DNA from: Naegleria gruberi | Lineage: Eukaryota | Assembly: GCA_000004985.1 (NCBI GenBank) | Contig: GG738866.1 | Strand: one strand, 5' to 3' | DNA: 64,000 nucleotides | In this document: in pieces, positions 1 to 10,725 of the stretch | Layout of the letters: the number at the start of each line of letters is the position of its first letter | Position numbering within the stretch: position 1 is the stretch's first letter | Program-made: the position numbers and the translations under genes | Notes under the pieces: generated by a model | Seen by the model: the letters and a program-made list of their open reading frames with translations, nothing else | Databases searched by the model: none | Told to the model about the DNA's origin: nothing

Positions 1-184
1 AAATTTCTCTATCTGTACATTAATCTCAGGTTTAAATAAGGAATGAATATTACCACATTTCAAAATAAGATGTTAAAAGGTCCATTTCCAATAAATCCGA
101 TGACATTACTGGATTTTTGAACAAATACTGGAACGTATCTAATATATATTGTTTAATGTTTATTCATTCAATAACATGCAAGAA

Positions 185-2090
185 TTATTTGTGTATGAGT
201 GAATCAATAACTGAATAGATGGTACTTCCCATAATAACTAATCCCATCAAGAGTGTTAAGGCAGAACAGATTTTCAAAATTGTAAATCTTCCAGGTTCTA
301 ACTTTAAAGCGAGTAAACATGGTAAAATATAAGCCATGCTACAAGCACTAACACCTCCTGTGATATTGAAAACAATTCCCAAATCAGTTACTGAAAGGGC
401 AATAACTAAGGCCAACCCCATAACAAAGAATGTTGCACAATAGTGAATTACAGACTTCTTCAATTGTTTAGCCTTCTTGCTAACACCATTTTCATCGAGG
501 TCTGGATTATTATTTAGGAGAGCATTGGTTTCTGTGCTAGTCTTCTTTTTTGGCCAGCACCCAATAATTCCATTCTTTGAATTGTACCAATCTTCAAACA
601 AAACTTCTATAACTAGAATGATACTATTTCTTGGCATGAATGCAGAATATGGAATTGAGAAAACAATAGAAACTGTCAAAAACATTCTTCCTACAATAGC
701 AGCTGTGACATTCTTTGGGAATAAGTCCAAAACATTGGCTTCTTCCAAATTTCTATCCCAGAAAATCAAATAACCACCAATACCCATAGCTGTACAACAA
801 ATAACAGTCATAATAACAGTCGCAAATACTACAATGTAATACCTCAGTCTAGTAGCTCTTCTCAACTCTTGGAAAACGTGGAAGCTCATATCGTGACATA
901 TATAAATGTACGCCAGATTACCAAGAGATGACATAAACTTTGGATGTACAAACTGAAAAGCTTCCTGCCTGTCGTGAGGAATGTATCGTTTAGGTCCAAA
1001 TAAAAGCTCATAATTTACAATAGCTGTGACAGCAAATACAGAAAAAACAGCTGCAAATGAGAAGAATGCAAAACTACCAAGTCTCTTTTGAAGAGCAATT
1101 GGAAGCAAGGCAACTGCCAAATAAATTAAGATAGCTCTTCTACTCAAAAATATACTATCAGAGTCAAATGCATATGCTAAAAGATCAGGAACAACTCTAT
1201 TATGTGTTAATCTATAAAATTAGAGAAATACATACTGTCCAAACATGAGTAATTGAGCACAAGCACCTCCAAAATTGAAGAAAAATATAAAAACACAAGT
1301 CAAAAAGAATCCAATCTTTCCAAAACCTAACATGGCCAACTCTGGTAATGTAGTTTTTAAATGCCTCCTTGATAATTCGTACACTAAACAAAGTGTGAAA
1401 GCAGTCACTACACCAAACAATACAAACCAAATAATTGACATGTAAAGACCACTGGATGCAACTACTTGAGGCATACTGACAGTACCTGGGCTAATAACAT
1501 CATTAATTAAATTCCAAATTGAGAAAAATAATCCTGTCTTTTTCATACTCATTAATTCCTTCCATAATTTGTCTTGTCTCTGTTTTCTCTTCAATTTTCG
1601 AGCTTCCTTTTCCTCATCAGGTAAATTTTCATTTGAAGTATTAATTGAATTTACATTTTCCAAACTATTAGTTGATTTCTTTTTTGGTACAAAATAATCA
1701 TGATTCATGTCATTTACTACAAGAGTAGAACCTTCATCAGTTCTCCTTGTTGTATCTATTGGAACTCGTTGACCAGTTGAATCAAAGAAGACAACTTCTT
1801 CTTCTTGGTCTTCATGATTTTTCTTATTGAATATCTTACTAAACAATGACTTCTTTTTAGATTTTGGTGGATATGATCCTGCTTGAATATCATCATAATT
1901 AGGAGCAGAATAATACATTCCATTTTGTTCTACACTATTACCATGGTGATTACTACTATTATTATTAATTAATATTCCTGCAGATGGTTGATATGAAAAG
2001 GCTTGGTCAAATGTTGGTGAAACAATAATTGATGAGCCTGTAGTAGTTTCGGACGAATCCATCGTATTGAAATGATATTGATGCGGAGCC
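185..2090 (-). CDS. Amino-acid transporter (Aa_trans/AVT-SLC38-like), two exons: 1236..2090 and 185..1197, intron 1198..1235
   Basis: Two minus-strand ORFs (1220..2155, 185..1147). The protein is polytopic membrane: ~11 hydrophobic helices after a hydrophilic S/N-rich N-terminus. In-frame junction GGACA|GTATGT...CATATAG|AGTTGTT gives ..AQLLMFGQ-VVPDLLAYAFDSDSIFL.. ATG at 2090 (MAPHQYHF..). Confidence 0.6.
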
Positions 2091-2801
2091 ATTTCTAAAA
2101 TAAATATATTTAAAAATGATAACAAAATTATAATAATAATAAATAAATATTTCAAAATAAGATAATTTTTCTCTCTTCAAAAATTTAATATTGTGTGTTG
2201 TGTTGTGATGATGGAAGGTTTTGTTTTCAACTCGCTTCTATAACTTGGAGAAAGAGAATTGATGATGAGCAAGTGTGTGAAACGTTTTTTTCTTCTTCGA
2301 TCCTCGCCGATTGTTTTGTGAAAACTCCGAGGAGAGAGTTTTGCAAAGGATGAACAAGTTTGGGAGTGAGACCAATTTGAAATACAAACAAGAAAGTGCA
2401 GAAGTTTTCAATTCCAATTCAATTGAAGTATTTTCTTTCTCAGAAACATGAAATATTGAGTTTTTCAATATTTTCATTTAAATTCATCACATACATGGTT
2501 GATTCCTATGATATAAAGTATTCCAAATGAAACTATTTGAAAAGAATAGACTAATGGGATCAGTAAATAGTTCAATAATCTTTTCTTTTTCGAATAGAAA
2601 CTGAACATTACCAGATATTACAAATTTTCGAGAAATTCCTTACATCACTTCTCACCAACAACAAATGTAACTGAACGATTTATTGAATTAACCAATAACG
2701 TTCTTTTGAAAATCATCATGAGACTAATAAGGATCGGAAATAGATGGAGGACATTCTTATTGTAAACTTCTAAAACAATGATGTATTAATAATACAAAAA
2801 A

Positions 2802-4745
2802 ATGCGTCGAAATAAAACCTCACAAGATAAGCAAGATGTAGTGGAGGAGGTGAATGAGGTTGAGAAGGTTGATTCTCAACAAAAAGAAGAGATAATGCAA
2901 GCACCACCACCTGAAAGTAAAGAACAAATTGAGAAGAACCTAGTTGTGGATCATGCTAGAAAGCCTAAAACAGTTGAGGATTTCTTTTTGGAACGTCCAT
3001 CATTATTAACATTTGAAGAGTCGGATTCTGAAGACGAATTGGATTTAAAGAAGAAGAAGAAAGTTAGCTTTGATGGATTTATGAATTTGACAATAATTTT
3101 TCTTGTTGCAGCAGTGATAAGAACAATGATTGATAATTTATCAGAGAGAGGTTTATTATTTCCGAATCTGGGTTTATTACATTGTATAAGTGATGAGTTA
3201 ATTCAAAGATCTTGTGTTGATGTATTAATATTTACATTGACTTATAATTCTGTAATTTATTTGAATAGTTCTTTGAGAATGTATTTATTGCCACTTATTG
3301 GAAAAGATGGATCAATTGTCGACAAGTTAATAACAATTATTGAGACATTGGTGTTTTATGGATCTACATTTTCATATATTGGAATATTTGTAGTGGCAAT
3401 TTTCATCAAGAGACTGTCATTGATGGTGAATATTGTAATCGTTTTCACAATGATGATCTATGGAATGAAAGCATACAGTTATTATGATTATATTAGAAGA
3501 AGAAAGTTTACTTTGAAGAAGGAAGGAAAGAGTGTAAATAGCGACGATGAAAGAAATATTGAAAAACCAACATCTCCAATTTCTCTCTTCAGGGAGTATT
3601 GCTACTTTTTATTTGCTCCAACATTGTGCTTTTTTAGGAGTTATCCAATGACCAATACCATTCGAATTTCTTTCATTCTAAAACAGGTTTTCAGTATTCT
3701 TATCTGTGGACTTGTAGGATGGTTTATATTTATTCAGTATTTGGAACCACTTTTTAGAAATAGTGCCAGTGTTGATCTTACTCCTCCAAGTATTGAGCAT
3801 CTGATCACATTGTTTGAGGAAAACAAAAACAGCTCAACACAGAACATTATTGATGCATTTAGAGGATCTAAATCTGATCAACACTTTCTTAATAATTTAG
3901 GAAAATTTGGATACTTGCTCCTCAAAACCAGTGTGCCTTGGTTTGTTTTGTGGTTGATTCTCAGTTTTGCATTCTTCCACTGCTATCTCAATATTCTTGC
4001 TGAATTATGTTGTTGGGGTGATAGATATTTTTTCAATGATTGGTGGAATGCTCCAGATTTTCAAACATTCTGGAAGAATTGGAATAGACCTGTACATCAA
4101 TGGCTCCTTCGTCACGTTTATCAACCTTCTCTCGGTTCTAATATTTCCAAGCCAATTTCTGTATTCTTTACCTTCTTGACATCAGCAATTCTTCATGAAA
4201 TCTGTATGGCCATGGTGTTCAGAAGCTTGAAACTATACTTTTTCTATGCAATGATTGTACAAGCTCCATTTGTGTTACTTGCTCAATATTTTGGTCAATA
4301 CAAGCCAAGAAAAGAGAAAAAGGATAAACAAAAGGAGTCAGGAATGAAGAAAGTTCCATCACTTTTGCAGCTTCCAGCAAAAGCTGAAGAAAAATTCAAA
4401 GAACTTGAAAGAAGAATATTGGAATTTAAATCTGATGTTGAAAAGAAATTGAAATCAAGAAAAAGCAAGAACTTTTTAAATAGACTTGGTAATACTTCAA
4501 TGTGGATATCACTATTCCTTGGTCAACCATTACTATGCTTTGCTTACTTCCAAGTTTTTTATAGCTCTGAAAGTATGATTTGTGATGTAAGAAATAACAA
4601 GTATGGATATGGATTGGTATTTGATAGATGGTCTGATTCCTTCTCCAACGGAACCATTTCAAATATTGGTAATAGACTCATTGATGGAGAATGGAAAATA
4701 ATATTGGATCAATTATTTTCCATTGTTACAGCAGCTTTGTTGTAA
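2802..4745 (+). CDS. DGAT1: Diacylglycerol O-acyltransferase 1 (MBOAT family, DGAT1/ACAT-type)
   Basis: Single 647-aa ORF. Contains YFLFAPTLCF, the motif identical to the DGAT1 signature, plus the MBOAT motif FGDRYFFNDWWNA..FWKNWNRPVHQWLLRHVY, and multiple TM helices. Confidence 0.85.
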   Translation: MRRNKTSQDKQDVVEEVNEVEKVDSQQKEEIMQAPPPESKEQIEKNLVVDHARKPKTVEDFFLERPSLLTFEESDSEDELDLKKKKKVSFDGFMNLTIIFLVAAVIRTMIDNLSERGLLFPNLGLLHCISDELIQRSCVDVLIFTLTYNSVIYLNSSLRMYLLPLIGKDGSIVDKLITIIETLVFYGSTFSYIGIFVVAIFIKRLSLMVNIVIVFTMMIYGMKAYSYYDYIRRRKFTLKKEGKSVNSDDERNIEKPTSPISLFREYCYFLFAPTLCFFRSYPMTNTIRISFILKQVFSILICGLVGWFIFIQYLEPLFRNSASVDLTPPSIEHLITLFEENKNSSTQNIIDAFRGSKSDQHFLNNLGKFGYLLLKTSVPWFVLWLILSFAFFHCYLNILAELCCWGDRYFFNDWWNAPDFQTFWKNWNRPVHQWLLRHVYQPSLGSNISKPISVFFTFLTSAILHEICMAMVFRSLKLYFFYAMIVQAPFVLLAQYFGQYKPRKEKKDKQKESGMKKVPSLLQLPAKAEEKFKELERRILEFKSDVEKKLKSRKSKNFLNRLGNTSMWISLFLGQPLLCFAYFQVFYSSESMICDVRNNKYGYGLVFDRWSDSFSNGTISNIGNRLIDGEWKIILDQLFSIVTAALL

Positions 4746-4779
4746 ATAATTTAATATAATAATTTAATTGGAAATGTGG

Positions 4780-7037
4780 CTAGTTCAACTCTTGACTTTC
4801 TTCATCTGTTGGAGTCTCATCACCACCATACGAAGGAGTAGAGGCAGAAACTCCATCACTTTCTGATAAATAGGTTGCACTCTTTGATTTAAATGAAATG
4901 TGACCCTTAATTCCTGTACTCACTGGTGGGAATTCATTACTTCTTTCTCTCAAACTGTATGGCAACAATTCGTACAGTTTCTGATCTCCATCGATACCTT
5001 TGAGAGTGAATTCTCCCAATGGTCTAACAACTGGAGGCATAATTTCACCACCAACAATTAAATCATGCAAATTATGCTTGATGAGCTCATAGATATTATC
5101 GTGAATAATAATTTGACCTCCGTTGGCAGCACTTGCAACTCTGGCACTCAAATTTACAGAATTACCAAAGTAATCCAATTTACCAACGTTATCCTTATGT
5201 ACATCAGGATTACAGATTGCTGTTCCCATTCTAACACGCACTCCTCTAAAGATAATGTTACCAAACTTGTCAACTTTGAATGCAGTTTCTTTGAAATTCA
5301 TTACATTAGTTGGCCAATCCAATTTCATCAATTCACTTTGAGATCTCAACATCCATCTAATAGCATTCAAATAATCCTTAAAGGCAACCATGAAACTGTC
5401 ACCTTGAGTTTTGATTTCATATCCTTGATATTCTTCCAATAATTTTCTCAGCAAGACATTGTGCAAATTGAGTGAAATTTTCATATCTTCTGTTGCTTCA
5501 CTCCATAACTTGGTGGATTCTTGAATATCTGTGAAAATAATTGGGAATTCTCCATCTTTTGCAGTTGGAGCATAGGCAATAACCTTATTTCTCTTTCTAA
5601 TGTGAGATCTCCATCCACATGCAATGCCAATTATAATCAATACACCAATTATTAAGGCAACTCCCAATACTGACACGAGAACTGCAATAATGACAACAGT
5701 GTTATCAACTTTACCAGTACAAATGAATACTGTTTCCTTCACTTGATCATAACAAAAGTTAACTCGCTGGTGAATATAGCCGAGTGCAGAGAAATCACCA
5801 AATACTGATGCAGTCTTACTAGATTTAACGTCATTACTCAATGAGATATAAGCTTGCTCAACAAATTCATTAGTATATGCTCCAATACCATAACTGGCAT
5901 TTGGAATGATTTGGAATTGGGTGGAAATGTCAATAGACTGTTTAGCTATTGTGGAATTGACAATACCCATTCCATCAACTTCTGCTGGCCATATGAGAGA
6001 ATTTACTTCACGCATCATCCACTGTTGATGGTATGTCTGATCTGGAAGAACGTTAATACACTTATCTTCATTATCACGACAGAATATCCATCCCATAATG
6101 ATAGACTTTATGAGACGAATAACAATATTTCTATTCTTTGTTGGATTAGCATTAAACCAGTCCATATTCATCATGAGACCATCTTCATACATTTGAGTCC
6201 CTTCTTCATTGAATCCCATCACATTAAAATCATTGAGTGTATACAGATCTGTCTTACTGTCTGTTTTTAACTTTTCCAGTAATTGAGCAAGTTCATTGTA
6301 AACCATAGCCATAATCACATCGTATCTGTCTGGTTGTGTGATTAGAGGAAGTGCAGAGTATGATTGTTGTCTCATGCTGAGCTCCGATTCTGGATTGATA
6401 TTGTACTTTCTCATGGTTGCTTTCAATGAATATCTATTCCATCATGTTATTTTGATCACTCAAGAATTCCTTGATCAGAATACTTACTCATAACCAGACC
6501 AATAACCGATATTCTTATCTTTGAATTGTGGAAATTTAGTAATCCCAGACTTTTTAGTGCTCACCATAACAGTTGCAGATCGTTTAAAGTGTTGAAACAC
6601 GTCCACAAGATTGACACCATCAATGGCTCTTGCTACTAACATTCTAGAGAAGAGAATAACTGCAAACTGTGCAGAACCTGATTTAATGTTCTCTATTGGA
6701 TCAACACCAGCTCCTCCTTTATATAATTGTGATAATTAAAATAATGTTAAGGAACATTGATTAGTATGCAAGTTAGTACGACCCATATAAAATTAAAAAC
6801 ATACCTTGCTTAATAATAACATTGAGACATTCATTCTCAAAGTATCCCATCTCCTTTGCAGCTATAAAACCTGCATACTGTGCTTGAAAAACCCATCCCA
6901 ACTGTATGGCCACTGTATCCGTCCCGTTGGGGCAAGAAATTGCTGTAGTTCTTGTAATGAGATGTGCCAAACACAACAAGAGAAGTGAGAGTGTCAGCAA
7001 GAAGTGTCTGTTATGTGTTGAGTAGATGATTTTCATG
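4780..7037 (-). CDS. Receptor-type class III adenylyl cyclase: signal peptide, NMT1/THI5/SsuA-like solute-binding ectodomain, one TM, cyclase catalytic domain. Exons 6805..7037, 6488..6716, 4780..6433
   Basis: Exon 1 is a signal peptide (MKIIYSTHNRHFLLTLSLLLLCLAHL) followed by IQLGWVFQAQYAGFIAAKEMGYFE. After a GTATGT..AAAG intron comes GGAGVDPIENIKSGSAQFAVILFSRMLVARAIDG..., the NMT1/SsuA fold. A GTAAGTA..AATAG intron joins ..YWSGYE to YSLKATMRKY.. of the long ORF. A TM follows (VVIIAVLVSVLGVALIIGVLIIIGIACGW), then FTDIQESTKLW...KTQGDSFMVAF...GVRVRMGT..GNSVNLSARV, the class III cyclase motifs. The Lys in KTQGD suggests ATP specificity. Confidence 0.75.
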
Positions 7038-7900
7038 TTGTTTTGTGTTGAATTAATGTGAAATGTGTTAAGAATCACAATTTCCTTTCTGTTTTGTGTG
7101 TTCTTATTGTTTTTTGAAGTGTAAAGATATTTACTTTGCTTGTTTTCCCTTAAGGGGCAAAGTTTAAGGTGGGACAAGTTTAAATTTCCACTAAATTTAC
7201 ATACGGCAGCAGCTAAAGACGCGTGTTGGAATAATGGGTGAATACCACCAGCTATAATTACTGTGAACAAAATGGCAGTAAAAGACGAAGTGCTACAAGC
7301 CCTATTTCAACACCAAATGCTTTAATTGATGGTAGTACGGCCTTTGTTGGATAAACAAGTTCTTGGTAATTGGATGAACATTAGAGGTTGAGGAGGCTCT
7401 AAATGGGAAAAATACAAACATTTGGGCATCTTGTAGGTATTTGTTAGAATATATTCTTTTCATTCAATATATGGTATGTCGTTTACTAGTTAAAGTCCTC
7501 ACTAGTATGTTAGTGAAGGTTGGAATGGTGAATTCTATGAATGAATAAAATCCTTGTTGGTTCGTTCAACTTGTTGTTTACTCCTGTTTCGGCACGTGCC
7601 GAGGTGAGGGTGATTGAAGAGTGTTAATTATTGTTTTTTTTATTGACGTTTAGTTTTGGCGTCCTAGTATTGTTTGAATAATACTATGGATTCAACACTA
7701 ATAGTAGTCGTCCTGATGATGATTATTTGTTTCGCTGCCGATATATATAGTGATCCAATAGAGTTTTTTCCATAATATTTCCACAACCAAGTCCAATCCG
7801 TCTCTAGATTATTTATTTGAATTTAATTTGTGTTTCCGCGCTTTACATTGAAAACTCTTTTCCAAATTATTTATATATAAGGTACAAATCCAATATCTAT

Positions 7901-9060
7901 TTACCAATTGTTATTTGGTGGTCCATTATGACCAATATCTCTTCTTCCCATGTTTCCACTACGATCATTTGGTCCACTATAGTGAGGAGGGCTACCACCA
8001 GGATGAGCATCTTGGTGTGGAGGACTTCTATAACCGCCTCTATAACCACCTCTGTTGTAATTTCCTTGTGGAGGAACTCTGCTATATGGTTCATATCTTT
8101 GTTGAGAACCATAGTATGGTCTGTCTCTTCCATTGTTGTGTGGATAATTGGAAGGAGGATATGGGTCGTGATGGTGGTGATATGGTGGTGGTCCATTGCT
8201 TGGTGGTGGTCCATCCATTGGTCCCATTCCGTATGGTGGTGGGTTATAAGGTGGTGATCTTCCTCCATTACCTCCATAAGGTGGATGATGCATACCTCCA
8301 CGATGATAGCCTCCTCTTCTCATTGGTGGTCCATTGTTGAATCTTCCTCCATTGTTAAATCCTCCGCCTCTTCTTGGTCCTCCTCTAAATCTTCCTCTCA
8401 TTCCTCCTCTACTTGGTGGTATTCCCAACTCCTTTTTCTTATCTTTTCCTATATCATAGTCAACTCTCCACGATAAACCTTCTTGAGGTGGTTGATCTCC
8501 AATAAATCCGTCCTTGACAGCTAGAAATGCCTTCTCCGCAGCGTCTCTTTCATGGAATGTAATAAAACAATATCCTAAAGGCTGACCGCCTGAATATCCG
8601 ACCTTAACATCAACAACTTCTCCAAAGCGTTCGAAAACTCTTCGTAAATCCATATCATTGTAGTGAAATGGTATTCCTCCCAACCACAATGTTTTAGTTT
8701 CCTTTTTGGCTTGATCCAAAACTTCCTCGCTACAAGTCCGTCACCAAATAATTATACAAAATAAATTATTAGTAAATAAATATAAAATTATGAGAGGAAA
8801 CGTCTTCATCTTCTTACCTTGGTGGTGGTCTGGCATCAAAATCTTGTGGAGGTTGATCACCGTATGGTTGTCTCATATCAGGTGGTGAAAGTGGTACACC
8901 TCCAGGAACCATATCCATTGGTGGATGTCCATGATATGGTGGAGGAACTAACCCTCCAGGTGAAAGTGGTGGTGGTGATCTTCCGTGTTGTTGGCTCTGA
9001 AAATTTCCAACGAAAGAAGCATATTATCAGCATTAGAATCATTCAAATTGCACTTACCAT
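7901..9060 (-). CDS. RRM-domain RNA-binding protein with Pro/Gly/Tyr/RGG-rich tails; exons 9058..9060 (ATG only), 8818..8996, 7901..8729
   Basis: RRM core LWLGGIPFHYNDMDLRRVFERFGEVVDVKV...GYCFITFHERDAAEKA, with C-terminal RGG/GGY repeats. The upstream exon (..MSQQHGRSPPPLSPGG..PPP) is joined through AG|GTAAGA...TTGTAG|C. The start codon is immediately followed by GTAAGTGC...TTTTCAG|AGCCAACAACAC. Confidence 0.65.
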
Positions 9061-9240
9061 TTTTTTTTTGTTTTTTTAAAAACTTTACAATGAGAAGTTT
9101 TTTGTCTCATTTTTAAACCTTTTCATTACAAAAACAACCTCATGATGAATTCTTGGGAAGGTGAGATGAATTGTTGAAGGATAGTGATGAGTTTTTGTGG
9201 TGGAAACATAAAATGGATATCGATGAGTTTTTCATTCAAT

Positions 9241-10365
9241 TTATTGAATAATCATGTTAGGAGAAAATGTCATGGCACTGCTAATGAGTTGTAAACGAGG
9301 TGCATTTTCAGCGTTTCCGATATTGTTTCCACTAATATTAAGTGCTTTTAGTTTATCAAGAATGGTGCTGGAAGTGAGTTTGTATGCAACTTCTTGAGTA
9401 ATTGAGCACATGCTCAAATCAAGAACTTGTAGGGATGGAAATGGATTTGATACTCGGGACACTTGAATGAAACTTTCGAATGATTCGCCAATAGAGTTAC
9501 AAGAAAGACATAACATTCTTAGTTCTGTAATGTGTTTGCACTTTGCTAATGGCTCAATATTTGAAATGTTATTCGATCTCAGATTGAGAATCCTCAAATT
9601 TACAAGTTGCGAATTTTCTGCAAACTCTTTTAGCCCATTATCATTTAACTTACAATTACTTAAATCTAAATGGGTTAGATTTTTAAGGTTTTTGCACAAC
9701 TCTGCAACATTTCCAATAGGATTGTCATTGATAGATAAATCAGTTAACTGACTCAATTTGTTTGAAATATTGACAATTGCTTCTCCTCCCATAAAGGCTG
9801 AATTTTTTGAAATGTCCAATTTGGTTAAATGAACCATGGTGCTACATAGGTATTTCACTCCAATATTTCCAACATTATTATTTCGAATAGATAATGATCT
9901 AAGTGATTCAGCAATATCTTGATTCACTGAAATTAATCTCATAGCTACATCATCAATAGAACACGAGTTCAGATTCAACTCTTCTAATTGTTTAAACTTG
10001 GATGTTGTCCCCAAAAAACTTGCTCCAGTTCTATGAATCATGTTATTTTGTAGGTTCAAGCTTTTTAAATTTGGAAAACCATCACAATTACATAAGGCTT
10101 CTATTACTTCCTTCGTTAAATTATTTTCCGATAGATTTAGGCTCGTTAATTTAAGGAGATGATTTTTGCTACTCTTCAACATGAGGGACAACCTCTGGAT
10201 ACCAATTCTCTTCTTAAAAGATAAATCCAGTGAGAGAGGTACGCTTAGAGAAATCCTAAAAAATGTTTTGGAAACTCGCATCACTCTGATCCGATCAATA
10301 GAATCAATAAATTCCAATATGCAATAAATCATATCATCTGGAATGTATGTGGTTAGTTGAGCCAT
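9241..10365 (-). CDS. F-box-like / leucine-rich-repeat (RNI-type LRR) protein
   Basis: 374-aa ORF. N-terminal F-box-like segment (IYCILEFIDSIDRIRVMRVSKTFFRI) followed by ~10 LxxLxLxxNxI(g)xxG repeats. Confidence 0.65.
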   Translation of the reverse strand: MAQLTTYIPDDMIYCILEFIDSIDRIRVMRVSKTFFRISLSVPLSLDLSFKKRIGIQRLSLMLKSSKNHLLKLTSLNLSENNLTKEVIEALCNCDGFPNLKSLNLQNNMIHRTGASFLGTTSKFKQLEELNLNSCSIDDVAMRLISVNQDIAESLRSLSIRNNNVGNIGVKYLCSTMVHLTKLDISKNSAFMGGEAIVNISNKLSQLTDLSINDNPIGNVAELCKNLKNLTHLDLSNCKLNDNGLKEFAENSQLVNLRILNLRSNNISNIEPLAKCKHITELRMLCLSCNSIGESFESFIQVSRVSNPFPSLQVLDLSMCSITQEVAYKLTSSTILDKLKALNISGNNIGNAENAPRLQLISSAMTFSPNMIIQ

Positions 10366-10482
10366 TTTTTTTGTGATGTCATAAATGGTGGTGTTTTGTA
10401 AAACAACGTGTGAACTTAAAATTAGGATTTGGTGATGATTTTCGCATAAAAATTCTCTACAAGGATTCTTTAATTAAAAATT

Positions 10483-10555
10483 TGCCGACACCAGGGATCG
10501 AACCAGGGACCTTAAGATCTTCAGTCTTACGCTCTCCCAACTGAGCTATGTCGGC
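10483..10555 (-). tRNA. tRNA-Phe(GAA): tRNA-Phe (anticodon GAA)
   Basis: The reverse complement reads GCCGACATAGCTCAGTTGGGAGAGCGTAAGACTGAAGATCTTAAGGTCCCTGGTTCGATCCCTGGTGTCGGCA. It has the canonical cloverleaf, the TGAAGA anticodon loop and GGTTCGATCC T-arm. It is close to metazoan/protist tRNA-Phe. Confidence 0.85.
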
Positions 10556-10725
10556 TTCTCATCATTTGTCATTAACTAAATATCATTGACCAATTTGCAT
10601 AACTACGGAATTCTTATCAACAGAATTCGTAATTGCATATCAATAAATGTATCGTGTAGCTAAACGTTTTCAAGATATTACACAATTGAAATTTTAAAGA
10701 ATATTAAAAAATCAAGATCAAAAAA

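Noticed and set aside
477-773. 98-aa plus-strand ORF inside the amino-acid transporter gene
   Set aside because: Antisense to a TM-rich CDS with strong hydropathy periodicity on the minus strand. No independent signal.
7817-8476. Plus-strand ORFs (146, 141, 63 aa) overlapping the RRM/RGG gene
   Set aside because: W/V/I-rich mirror translations of the Gly/Pro/Tyr-coding minus strand. No start context or homology. Artefacts of low-complexity coding sequence.
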